A stretch of DNA of 64,000 nucleotides from Takakia lepidozioides (Eukaryota; Plantae; Bryophyta). The notes below the pieces were generated by a model. The model saw nothing but the letters and a program-made list of their open reading frames with translations. It was not told the origin of the DNA and searched no databases. The stretch covers positions 19,778,001 to 19,842,000 of the forward strand of contig CM060734.1 in the NCBI GenBank assembly GCA_030704615.1, given 5' to 3'. Shown here in pieces: positions 1-12,500 of this stretch (position 1 is its first letter; the number at the start of each line of letters is the position of its first letter). The translations under genes were made by a program, and so were the position numbers.

Positions 1-2412
1 GAAACGTGTCACGTAGTCTTCCAATGTCTGTGTTCCATCCCATTTGACGTACAAGCCGAACGAATTTGTATGCATTACGACTTGCTCCTTCGCATTCGTC
101 ATTACCTGCGATTCCCACATGCATTGTCACGTAGCAGTTCAGGGAATTCATTTCAGAAAAGCAACTATGGGGAAGTACCTTGAATTACCTGGAACCACCA
201 AGTCATGCGGTTGAGCCACACATCCACTGCAGGGTCGGAAACTTCGAGTGGAAAAGACCACATTGTCCTTATACTCTCCGATGCATTCCAGATCGACAGC
301 CACCGTGTCTGCCATTTCCGATCCAATGTCAGTCGCAGGAAGAAGAGTGGCTATTGCTAGGAAGGAACTTCAGTGAATTGAAACATCACCTTCTCTTTCG
401 CTTCAACACATGCCGTTGAGAGGTGATGCAGTTTCTCCAACTGCATGGTCGGCTGCATGGCCCGAGAATAGTGTTTTGCAATCTCGGGGATGAAGTCCTT
501 TCCAAGTGCAGGATGTGCAATGGCCACCAGCTTCACAAGCTTTGACTTATATTTCGTTCTGGACTTGACCCCGGCTTCCTTCAAGTGCTCAGTCAATGAC
601 TGCAACGTTTTGACCTGCCCCTCACTTTCCATGAAGAAGCGTTTGGCATGGGCCAAATCCAGCTTGATGTTTGACTGCCAACAAAAACATGCAGAAGCGT
701 TACATTTGATTCATGTGGAAAGATTACCGGAAATTGGGGAAGCTCCGGTCAGTTTTTGCCACGGCTTTCTGAATGAGCTCGGGCTCCAGCATTTCCGCGA
801 ACATGTGCGGATCAGTGAGACCAGTTTTCCTCACCCTGTACAGCATATGTGCCATGTGGGTATGCACGTACGCATTTTCAGTGACCCTGCAAGGCACACT
901 CTCCAGTTCAGACCACGGAAGCACGGAAACAAAACAGATTGGAAACCGAAATGCGGCACCGTATTTCGAACGTGGTTGGGAGGGTATGAGTATCTTATGA
1001 GTTGAGGTCCGCCATGGCATTCTTGAGTAGGGAGGAATCTGCCGCCTTCACCTTGAGGATGACACACTCCACCATGTAATGCCAGCCAATGTGCTTGCGG
1101 GATCACCCTTCAGGGTTGCCTCGAATTCGTCGTTGTGAGTGTGCCAGTGGGTATCCCATGTTGACAATTCCTCCGCAGTGGGTCCACAAGATTCACCGTC
1201 CTCATTCTCAAGGGAAACGTAGAAGGCTGGCGAACCTAGACGGTACCCTTCTCGAAATGCGAACTTGAGCTTATCCACATCTCCGGGAAGTGCCTGCCTG
1301 ACAATGGGAAGGGAGACCATGCGACAGAGTGGGATTCGAAGAGTCCGCTGGAATACCCTGCTGCCCAGAACTCTGCCAATGCTACTATGTGTCTCCTCCA
1401 ACATTGTATCCGCTGCACTTTGGAATTCCTCCGGAGACATTTCTGCTGGTGCCGGCAGGAGCTGAGCAGCTGGAGCATCCCCAACTGGAGCTGCACTCTG
1501 GGGAATCTTTGCGGACAATTGTGCAATTGCAGAGGCCTCCTCCGGGCCTTCAGTGGTCAGGTCTTCCTCAACTGTGGTCAGGTCTTGCTGAGAACGTTGA
1601 GAGGCAGCACCCTCCTCCGGTACCAGATCGACGGTCGATCCCATTGGCTTCGCTGCAGCAGGTTGGAAATCAAGCAGGAACTGGGCTTCAGCTCGTGGAA
1701 TCGGTTTTGCAGGAGACTGCTCCGCCCTCCCCCTGATTGCCTTGTGCTTCCTCATTCTTGCAGGTGAAGGTGTCTGCTGCAATTGAATCTGCTTCATTCG
1801 CCTGGGTGGGGGGGAAACGGCCTGGTCCGGTTCAGAAACAAGTTGAAGGACGGGCTGCTTCTTCTTCATCTTTGCTGGAGAAGGGCTAGACCCCTGCTGG
1901 CGATTCTCCATGACCTTTGAAGGCGAGTCGCTCTCTGGGGCTTTGAACTACAAAGACTTGGCCTTGGAAGCCGCGTCCTTGAAACGCACAGGGCTAGGAC
2001 CGGCAGGAAGACCCGTGCTCGTGGATCGGCTGGGTGTGCGTGCTGCAGCTAGCTCCACGGACTCTGCCTGCGGCTCTTCGGATTCCTGCGATCCCTCCAG
2101 CACGTCCACCTTTCCGGTTAGGCATGCAAACATCTTCTGCAGTCAAGTCTCCTAGCATACAGTCTAAGAATTGCAGAAGAAAAATGAGGCGGGTTTCGGT
2201 GCTCGATCAACTGGTGAATCCCGATAGCACGGAGCTCTCACTGGTGGCTGGGTTGCCTGCGTGGCCTGATGCTGCGAGATGGCAATCTCCTCTTGTAGAC
2301 GCATCTGCTTCCTCCCCTTCGGCATTGGCCTACGTCCGAAGTACAATTTTTGGAGCTTGCGACGATGTCTCTTCTCTGGTGCACGCACTCCCTCCCTCTC
2401 AAGTTCGAGCAT
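1..2412 (-). pseudogene. 5' half of ParB-like/(MTase) multi-exon gene of copy 1, decayed
   Basis: ORFs 2164-2487, 1048-1911, 724-1020 and 357-656 align with copy-2 segments (RRKLQKLYFGRRP/RRKLKALYYGRRP; LRIPLCRMVSLPIVRQALPGDVDKLKFAFREGY; VTENAY; KYKSKLVKLVAIAHPALG). The DGNHR segment is deleted near 1090-1100 and one donor reads AT instead of GT. Confidence 0.8.
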
Positions 2413-2738
2413 AAGAAGAAAAGAGACAGGGAAAAGGGGCGAAGAGTGCAGATGGAAAGGGCGCGAGAGGGGTGACTGAGGAGACACGACAAAAGCAGAT
2501 GAAACGGCGGTGATGCAGCACTTGGGTTCGAAAGGGTTGGAGGAAAGTGTCTCCTCGTGGACTTTGCGTCATTACGAAATTCGAATTGTTCAGGATACGG
2601 CTGCCGTCCGAAAAACAAACATCATTATCCAACGGTCAGGCCGCGCCGCCTCATGCCACTTCAGTCAGATAGAGTGTAGACATGTGCCGCAATTCCGTTG
2701 CTCCAAGTGTTCAAATTTGGAGTTGGAGTGAAAATGCG

Positions 2739-4400
2739 AATGCGGCGCCGCATTTCCGTTAAGTACCATCACGAAGCTACACATCCGTGCTTGTTGGAAG
2801 AAAATGCGGCACCGCATTTCCGTTCCACCTTCACATACCTTAGTTGTTGAACGGAAATACGGTGCCGCATTTCCGTCCCACAGCTCCATGTATGAGATAC
2901 AAAAGGGAAATGCGGCGCCGCATTTCCGTTCTGGAATGTCGAAACGTGCGATCCGGACGGAATGCGGCACAACATTTCAGTTCCCGTGGTTCATGATTTT
3001 CAATCTGAACGGAAATGCGGTACCGCATTTCCGTTCCCCCTTCACATACCTTCGTTGATGAACGGAAATGCCGTGCCACATTTCCGTTTGGGAAAGTATA
3101 GAGGTCTCAGCTGAACAGAAATGCGGTGCCGCATTTCCTGTCTGGAAAGTTTGAAGGTCTCACATGGATGGAAATGCGGCATCGCATTTCCGTCCCACAG
3201 CTCAAGGCCTCATATACAAAACGGAAATGCGGCGCCGCATTTCCGTTCTAGAATGTCGGAAGTTGCGACGCATTTCTGTTCCTGCTGTTGACGATTTTCA
3301 GTCAGAACGGAAATGCGGTACCGCATTACCGTTCTGTAGAGTATTAAGGTCTGACCCTGGCGGAAATGCGGTGCCGCATTTTCGTTCCAAAGCTCTATGC
3401 CTCACATACAAAACGGAAATGCGGCGCCGTATTTCCATTTTGGAATGTCGGAAGGTGCGACTCCGACGGAAATGTTGTACCACATTTCAGTTCCGAAGTT
3501 TCACGATTTTTCATAAGAACGGAAATGTGGTGCCGCATTTCCGTTCTGGAGAGTATGAAGGTCTCACCTGGGCGGAAATGCGGTGCCGCATTTCCGTTCT
3601 AGCTTGTGAGGGAGGTGCGACTCGGATGGAAATACGCTGCCGCATTTCAATTGCGATGGTTCACGATTTACAATCAGAACGGAAATGCGGTACCTCATTT
3701 CCGTTCTGGATAGTCTAAATGTCTGAAGCGGTCGGAATTGCGCTGTCTCAGCGATCAGAATTGCACTCGGCTCCATGCATCAGATACAAAACGGAAATGC
3801 GGCGCCGCATTTCCGTTCTGGAATGTCGGAAAGTGCCACTCGGACGGAAATGCGGTGCCGCATTTCTGTTCCCGTTGTTCATAATTCTCAATCAGAACAG
3901 AAATGCGGTACCGCATTTCCGTTCCACCTTCACATACCGTGCTTGCTGGATGGAAATGCGTTACCGCATTCCCGTTCTGGAGAGTTTGAAGGTCTCACCC
4001 GGGCGGAAATGCGGTGCCGCATTTCCGTTCTGGAATGTCGGAAAGTGCGACTCGGACGGAAATGCGGCGCCGCATTTCCGTTATGGAATGTCAGAAAGTG
4101 CGACTCGGACGGAAATGCGGTGCCGCATTTCTTTTCCCTTTGTTCATGATTCTCAATCAGAACGGAAATGCGGTACCGCATTTCCATTCCACCTTCACAT
4201 ACCGTGCTTGCTGGATGGAAATGCGTTACCGCATTTCCGTTCTGGAGAGTGTAAAGGTTTCCCCCGGACGGAAATTCGGTGCCGCATTTCCGTCGCTCTG
4301 GTGCATGACCAAGACGCAATACGGAAATGCGGCTCCGTATTTCCGTCCAGCAGCAATCGAAAGAATCACTCCGGACGGAAATCTGAAACCTCATTTCCGC
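2739..4400. repeat. Array of ~32 22-bp palindromes GGAAATGCGGCGCCGCATTTCC at 53-bp period
   Basis: Palindrome starts at 2800, 2853, 2906, 2959, 3011, 3064, 3117, 3170, 3223 ... 3793, 3846, 3899, 3952, 4005, 4058, 4111, 4164, 4217, 4270, 4323. About five recurring 31-bp spacer types. Confidence 0.95.
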
Positions 4401-4780
4401 ATGCTGAACCTGAATGGGTTGCATTGTTCCGAAACAACAGAATTGCGGCCAGTCTTGATGAGCACAACTAGGTTGTCTGACCGTTTTAACTAACAGTCCT
4501 AGCACTTGTCAGTGCGAACGCTCCTGTCCGTACCGAGAATACTGCTGGATCCACCCTCGGGAGAAACTGTCAGGAGCTGTTATTTCGTCGCCGATTCGGC
4601 CATCATTGTCTAAGTTACTGGCTATGGAATCACACCTCCCACCTTCATGCATGTAGCTTGAAACTATACTTTCCACTTCAATGTGCGACTTCCAATCGTC
4701 GATGGACTCCGCATGGTGCCTGTGAGCCTTCGTCTGTCGCTATACTGAACCTCGCACTTGCCAACTTCGTGCGGTGTTCG

Positions 4781-7700
4781 ATGGCTCTGAATTCCTACGC
4801 TATAGTTTGCTGTCCTCCGCAACTTGGGAGAGCCTGGATCCCAAACGAGGGAGGACTTTGCAGAGTGACTGAAACTTACCTTTGTTCTAAATTCAAGCTC
4901 AAACCGGGCACAGTTTACTTGGAAGAAGAAAGAAAGGATGTTCCTGGACAGGTTGATGAGACCATTGTCGTGCTAGGTAACGACGGAGGTTGCGGAATCG
5001 AATGGCACGTACCCCCATCAGACACCATCCTATACCGAGCCGTGGGAATGCCCATTCCCTTTCCGAATCAGTCGCTGCCCACACCATCCACAAAGGAGTC
5101 CGGAAACCGACAGGCGGCCACTGCCGACAGAGAGGTATGCAACGATAATCATTCCCGACCTGGACCGTCAAGACCCTCCATAGCTTCTCGTGTGGACGTA
5201 TTCGACATTTCCGACGATGAAGATGAGTGCATTGAGGTCCCCATGTCCTCCACACGGTCGTTCAAATCTGACATGGACGTCTCTGCAGGTGCTACGCAAG
5301 TACTCTCGAGCATAACTCCAACCCGGTCCATTGTGCAGCTCCTACGGCAACATCACCTCGATGGTTCTCGCTTCGAGCTGGCTGCTCTCGACTATGCCAA
5401 ATTTCCGGTCAGGAAGGTAACGTATCTGCCTCCCGAAGTCGATGGCAATGTCATCTTCGAGTTTCCACCTGTCACTTCCTCAAACAAAGCCTCAGGGATG
5501 TTAACAGACATGGATCAAAAGCATGACGGACACCCCTGGTGTGTGACGAAGACCAGTAGCACAAAAATTGTTGATGGTGTTCGTGTACGATACGTCCTTT
5601 GTGTGGGGAAGCTGAGGTGCCTGAATCCCGCCTGCTTCCACTTTCTTTCGAAAGGAGGGTGGAGAAACGAGACGGATTGGACTGGCACAACGCATCATCC
5701 ATTCATTGTCTCCAGCCAAGCTCTTGCGGGTACTTTCAAGTGCGCACATTGCAAAGAACACCGACGTGCATGTCCATGTGCAGAGCCAAGCAATATTACG
5801 TTATCCATTTGCTCCCGGACTTGACTAGAGCTTGCATACACATTGGGGTCCACTGCCACCCCTTGGCGAGAGGCAACATGCGTGAGGCTGTGCAGGAAGC
5901 ACACGACATCATAAAAGAGGAGGTGAAATTGAGCCCCGGAGCAAGACCAAAGCAGATTCAGCTGAAGGCAGCCCACAAGATTGCTCTTGGAAAAATCATG
6001 TCTGAAGATGGTTCAGACCGAGTGCCCTTGAACGAAGAGGAGATGCTTGACCTGTTGGAGTCCGTCTCGCACGTTTGTAGTCCGAATGTGCGGAATCACA
6101 TCGTATCTTGCAAGCAGGAGTTCGGCCGGGGGTCGGACATGCACTCAATCCTGGAGGTGAAACGAATGACTGGATATGACTACATCCAAGGTAGCAGGTT
6201 TCCAGGGCAAGGCAGCGAATCCGATCGTTGTTACATTTTTAAAATGTCGACGTGTGGGCCTGGGAGTGGAGTCGACTTGGTCACTTGCATGACAACTGGA
6301 AACCTGTCGAATGCTTGGGTGATGTTTGATCACATCAAGCGAATTACAAACCATCAGTGGGTGACTATGGGTGCGCGTGTTTATGACTATCACTCCAAGA
6401 GGCTCATGACGATTGCAATCTGCGAGATGAAAGGGGAGGACACACAGTCGGAGATGCATCTGTGGGAGGGCATAAACGAGCAGATGGCAAGGGCGGGATT
6501 GCCAGAGCCCAATTTCAGGGGATTCATGGCAGACAACGCTCAGGCCAACTGGGCAGCGGTGCGGCGTGTGTATGGTGAGGACCCCAATGTTCCAATGGAG
6601 GGGAAAGAGAGATCCTGTGGATTCCATTGGATGCAGAGTCTATCCCACTACACTACCAAATTTGTTGCTAGCTCATTCCAGGCTGAACACCGTGTCCTTT
6701 GTACGGCGTGGAATGATGCACCACATTTGATGACGTGGAGGTTAAGTTTGCTATCATCGAGGCTTGGTGGAACACGTCAGGTGCAGTGGAGACAACCAAT
6801 CTGGGAGCCTTGCATAGCTGGTTGGGGTGGTGGCATTTCCGGTATCGACAGTTCGGACAGTACATGCGGGAGGTATGATGTTGTCATTTTCGTGCAATTG
6901 TCTTTCTATTACGGACCTTTCCATTGGTTCCTCACCATTGTCTGTGTCCTTGTAGGAGCGGTGCTTGGATTCCGACACGGACATGCCAAACATGAATATG
7001 GCAGAATCAGTGCACTCCTCCTGGCGAGCGTCTTCTGCCGCACATCTGGTGGACGTAGTGACGGCCACAACGGAGGACATCGACAGAGCAATCATGCAGC
7101 AAGCCACGTACTACAAGTTCCTGAGCGGGAAACAATAGGGCTTTGGGCCGGACAGGGAGGAATTGTTGGTGCGAACAGCTTCGAGGTCGAAGAATCCACT
7201 GAAATGGGTGACAACATTGCGAGAGAAGATCAAAGGGACGCCTCTGCACCGCAGAGGTGAACACCTAGAGGGGGATGTCCGTACTCGCCCTGTGAGGCGG
7301 AGGATTGAAGAGGAACCCGGGTGCGAAGAGGATTCCTGGAGATCCGACAGGAACATTCGGACAGCACCTCGAGGGCCCGTCATGTTGCCGCACAATGTGT
7401 CTTCCAGCAGTGGAAGCCCAAGAAATTCCAGATCGCCATCGCCTTCAAGCGGGGATTTTGTGCGAGAAATTCCCACCGTTCGCTTGCCCCAGATTCCGCC
7501 CGCTGTTATGCAGTATGGCCAAGCCATTGTGGAGACGACTGTGTCTGCGTCACAGTGGAGAATTGCTCACACAAAGCCGTCGTTTCGAGGTAGGTGTTCC
7601 GCAATTCGAGTGGATACACGGCAACGTTGTTTAGAGATGATAAGGAGGAATCCAGATGGTGCTGTCCCTGCTCCTACTTTTACAGGAAGATTTGTCCATG

Positions 7701-8386
7701 CAAAGTTTGCGGAGGCGACAACCACCCAGTTCTGGTTCTGCAGGCACGACATTATGACTTGCGTGTATGGAAAGCCCAAGTACGGCATACAAACAATGCC
7801 AGAGGCTCCCCCGGTGTGGCCGGTGGAACCAGGCTGCGATCTGAGTCAGGTTGAGGCCGACGCCCTTACCGCCGCAGGATTTCGGATGGTGCAGCGCACT
7901 GACGTCCCCAGACAACCATTTCCGCTTCCACAGCCTCCACCACCGACCCCTGTGAGAGCAAGAACAATGGGACCCGACAGCTCTAAGCATCCTACACACC
8001 GTTGGGGGAAACCGAAGAGGCGGCGACCTCCCTCAAAAGTGAACGAGACGAGGATGGGGAATGCACTTCGGATGAACTGTACAATCCAGAGCTCGACAAA
8101 AGTGCCCCCACCAGGCTTCGGGCGTGTGTATCAGATGGCCACGGCAGGCTCAGCTGTTTGCAATGAGGTGTACACCATCACCATTTCAGAATTACCCACC
8201 TGCAATTGCACCGACTTTCAGATCATGGCGAACAAGGGGGCATCATATTGCCCTTGCAAGCATCTGTACTACGTGTACCTAAAGAGACTCCGGTGTAATT
8301 CCACAACTCATCACTTCATACATGCACCAGGGTTGAGCCCCCAAGAGGTGCACACTCTTCTGAATATGGATCCAAGGGACCAGTGA
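4781..8386 (+). pseudogene. MULE-type DDE transposase with N-terminal GCM/WRKY-like Zn finger and C-terminal SWIM; disrupted
   Basis: Motifs WVMFDH, FMADNAQANWAAV, CGFHWMQ, NMAESVHSSW and SWIM CNC..CKH. Intron 6873-6955. Frameshifts near 5760 and 6725; stop at ~7136 where copy 2 has Trp. Confidence 0.85.
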
Positions 8387-9113
8387 CCTTGGCTTGCGGT
8401 CCCAACACAATGGTACGCCCATCCTTTTCGGATAGTAGAACTGTACTGCTGCAAGTAGCTCTGACTCTGGCCACAGAAAGGTCCGACTTATGTCTTGCCT
8501 ACCAGTAACCTGTTTTGCTCGAACATCGATAATACTATGTCATTCACTCGTGTTTCCACGTGCATGTATTTTTGTGTGTTGGAGGGTTCATGTTTTTCAG
8601 CTCTCCCAAACTTTGCTTTCCTCATTCGACCCCCGGCAAGGAAATGCGGCGCCGCATTTCCAAGTAACATCGTAGGTACTGGTAGATGCGGCAGTCAGCA
8701 ACACCAAACCGCCGAGAAATTTCGCACGTACGAACCCTAATGCGGCACCGCATTTCCCAGTTCACTTGCAAAACTTTCCCGCCGAATACTGGAAGATGAT
8801 AGAATTGTGCAGACTCTATTGGTTCAGTCGCGGCAAAAGGGTCAGCTTCATTCCAATGTTAAGGCATGTAAAACCGCGGAATACTCTATACAGGCCAGTA
8901 TGCGACGTCCTTTTGCCGTGGTATACTGGATTTCTCGTTGCACGGTCACTCATTTCCATGAGCGGATCTAAAAAACCATGAGCGGAGTTGTTACTGACGA
9001 CATATCTTCGCCGCATTACAGGATCTGTAACTTCCAAAAACGGCAAGGTCAAATATAAAACTATTATTTTAATACTTGTTTAATCTGCCGCATTTCCAAA
9101 TTTGGAGGAGTCC

Positions 9114-9216
9114 GCTCATGAAATCCGCGTGTCTTAGACTTCGGCTCACCGCTCATGCGGCTCATTCGGCTCATGGCTCATGGCTCATGGTTTCTGCTCA
9201 TGAAATAGTAAACCTC
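9114..9216 (-). repeat. Terminal inverted repeat and GCTCATG subterminal repeats of copy 1
   Basis: Multiple GCTCAT(G) units ending ...GAAATAGTAAACCTC; mirrors 17868-17945. Confidence 0.85.
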
Positions 9217-9280
9217 CAAAGTTGTGTGGAACGGGCCTCCTCGACGAAGCGGGCGCTTGAAAGAACTAGCATTACCTTCG

Positions 9281-9559
9281 ATGGCGGAGGAAGAGCCCGA
9301 GACTCCCCAGCTGGTGGGCTCTGAGGCAGAGGAACTCGACGAGCGTGATCAAGAGCTCGATGAGGATTACAAAATAGATGATGACGACGATTCGGAGGAG
9401 GAAATGGACGAGGACCTAGAGGAGGACGAGGATGGAGATGATGTGGACAAGGTATCAGATTTGGAGAACTACATCAGTGGTGCATGTGGACTGACCGAGC
9501 CTCCCAATGCAACGCATGCTCAGAGGGCACCCAAACGGCCAGCTCCTCTTCCACGAGAG
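9281..9559 (+). CDS. Probable first exon of a flanking gene, highly acidic (MAEEEPETP...DDDDDSEEEMDEDLEE)
   Basis: ATG 9281, acidic coding bias, GTAAGT donor at 9560. Link to the downstream exons is inferred. Confidence 0.45.
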
Positions 9560-12500
9560 GTAAGTGGGCATTTGCTTTTTGATTTTTTTAGGTTTTTGGC
9601 AGGGTTCATGTGCTTGATATGAGAATGCCCCGAGCATGGTTGGGATAAGGGTCACATCTTCCAAGTAAAGAAGTTGCAATGGCAAGCAATGGGCTTTTGC
9701 AATGTGCTCCCCTCTGTTTTCAAATGGGTGCACATGAGTGGGGGGAATGAAAGGACTTCACCAGTTGCACGGGACATTGATCTGTCTACTACTTTGAACC
9801 CAATTTGTCAGTGACGTATTCTATTTTAAAGTCCAGCAATGCTTGTATGCTTGGGAGCTTTGATCCTTTGGCCGTCGCCTTTGCAGTAGTTGCTTTTGGT
9901 GTGCTCATGCATGTGGTTTGGCTCCTATTTTCATTTTTTGTACACTTTGGTCTCATCAGAAATGCTTGACAGCTTGTGTGCATTTGGAGTGGACCCTTGG
10001 GGAATCCCGTCATTCCCCGATATTTTGGGGGCTGCTCATGCCTCTGGATTTGCGTCTTCTTATTTGTTTTTCCTTTTGGTCCCAGCAGTTCTTTCCATTT
10101 TCCACTAGCAATATGAAGCACCACTTTCTTGCCCTCTATACCTCATGATACAAGGGAGATTCTACTGTCTATTCCTTGGAACCCAAATCTGTTATAAAAG
10201 TCTTCTATACCTTTTTCCATTTTGTGCCATGAGAAATGCTTGGGAGCTTATGTCCAGGAGGGTTACCTTTGGGCTGCTCATGCGTGTGTGTTTGGATGCA
10301 AGATAGTAGTTGCTTATGGGCTGTTTATGGCTGTGGTTTTGTCTCTTCTTGCTTGTGGGTTTCATTTGGTCTCATAAGCTTTTGAGCTCTTCACAATGAT
10401 TTTGAAGGACCGTTTCATTTCATATCATGTTTTGTTTGCTGCTTTACTCTCCTCTTCAGAGTTTCCCCATTGGCTACCATCCACATTAATTTTACTGTTC
10501 TCTATACTACGAGGTCATTCATGCTTGGCAGCTTTTGTGAAGGCAGGATTTCAATCTTATGCACATCTTCCTTCATCGCTGAGCCTATGGGCTGCTCGTG
10601 GCTACTGGCTTTGTCTCTTCTTGCTTGTGTTTTTTTCTTAATGGCGACCAATAATGGCGGAGGCTCTGTGTCCTTTTGCTTGTGGCTTTCTTTGTTGTCT
10701 CACAAGCTCTTTGTGCTTTTCACAGTGGCTGAAGTGCCAATTTTGTTATGGTTTTCTCTTTTTTGGTCCATAAGTTCTTTGAGCTTTTCACAGACATTAG
10801 AAGGCCCACTCTATCTCAGTTAATGTAAAGTTTCCCGCTTTCAGCCCAATCTGTTCTCAAAGAGCCCCAGGAAACAGAAATATTGTTTTTTTCCTTTTGG
10901 TCTCATTCAGTAATTGAGATGGTAATGGCCCTGATTTTAATGTATCTGCTTCGTAGTTTAGGGTTTGGTCTCATAAGGTCTTTAGGGTAGAAGCATGGTA
11001 CGGGCCATCCAAAAGCGGCAACTTGCAGTCCATAAAAAATGGACATATGAAGTAGAAAACGCAGCACGTGGGAACGAAGTCGGAGTTGAATTTATTGTAG
11101 CCGTTGATTGTTTTTGTACATCAAGTTATTACCGTCGATTGGAGGTCGCCTTCATCGGGGGGTGGCTGGAAGATGGCTGGTCGCGTTGGGCTAGACTGAA
11201 GCGCGGGGACGACGAGCTGCCATGTATGACGCCGCAACTAGAAGCTAGCCAGGACGTACGAGTTGATTGGGATTGGGAATGTTTGATCACAAAAGTTTGC
11301 TTACCATTTTGTAAGATTTTTAGGGTTTAGCTTGTGATTGTTTCATCAACTCTACGCATGCGTGAAGTTCATTTTCATTTCTGTGTTTCTATGGGCGCGC
11401 TTGGGTGGTGGTAGCAGAGAAAGCGGGCGATGCGAGCAGAGCTTATAAAGTGCAACATTGTGTGTTGCTGCCATAGCAGCAAAGGCACGAGGGTAGAGGA
11501 GTAGAGGAGGCGCTTGGGTGGGGGTGCTCGGGTGTGCCATCGCTGGAAAAGCACTTGATTGTTGCCTGACTCTACCCTTGGTAAGTTTCGTTCAAGTTCG
11601 TGGCCAGTCGATTTGGTGTGCGGCATATCTGGAATTAGGTTCCTGCAAGCATGAATGTTTCTGTCGTAGCGCCTGGAAAGAGATGGCAGATTGCCATCCA
11701 AATGATGATCATGACTAGTAACTTTCCACTTGAACTCTACAAGTACGAGCCACCACTGCGATCTTTCACGCCTGATTCTATACTTCTTGCATTATGCATT
11801 TGAACACAGGTGGTTAATTGCCTTTCTTGAATCTTGACAGTGATGCTTGTTTTGTTTATCATTCTCTATGGTGTGTTCCTTGTTGGGTTGGTATTTCTTC
11901 ATTTTTTTCCCTGCCCAGAGAAGGATATACTTACGTCTTGTTAGTGAGTCTAGTTGAGCTAATTTTTGGAGCTACCTGCTAGCAATTCATGTTGTAAAAC
12001 CCTAAAAATTTAGGCTACACAGTCATTCATACATGACAGTTTGTATGTGACCATTACGGTGAGGGTACCTGCACGATGATTGATCACAAAAGTCTGCTTA
12101 CTATTACCTTTGTGAGGGGCTCACTCCAATAGTTGGAGCTACCTTGATATAAACAATTGGTTGCATCAATCTGCTGTGTCTGAGCTACCTAGCAATTAGA
12201 CCCCAACAGGGCCAGGGCCTTAGGCTCAGAATCGATACTTTGAAAGTTAGTGAACAGAGGTGCAAGCACTATACGGTCCTGAAGAGGTTGGCTCTCTGAT
12301 GAGAATACCCGGGACACTGTTTTAGAAAATGGGTATTGCCTTCAGCGCGCCCACACATCGAGCATTGACAATCTCCCTTTCCTGTCTGCATGTGTTATTT
12401 GTTCAAGAATTGACCCCCCGCCCTGGGGTTAAATTGTAGTTTAATGCTGAGGATAGGTAGGCCTTTCAGCCTAAGGTTCACCCATGTCACAAACTGGAAA

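Larger units (their letters stand above)
1..9216. mobile_element. Mutator-like DNA transposon, copy 1 (left end outside window), carrying ParB-like gene / palindrome array / transposase
   Basis: Right terminus 9196-9216 GCTCATGAAATAGTAAACCTC is the reverse complement (20/21) of the copy-2 terminus at 17868. Same gene order and homologous proteins as copy 2. Confidence 0.85.

Noticed and set aside
2739-4400. CRISPR array (22-bp palindromic repeat + 31-bp spacers)
   Set aside because: Spacers recur as a few types, repeats are degenerate, no cas genes are visible and the context is eukaryotic. The same applies to 22442-24634.
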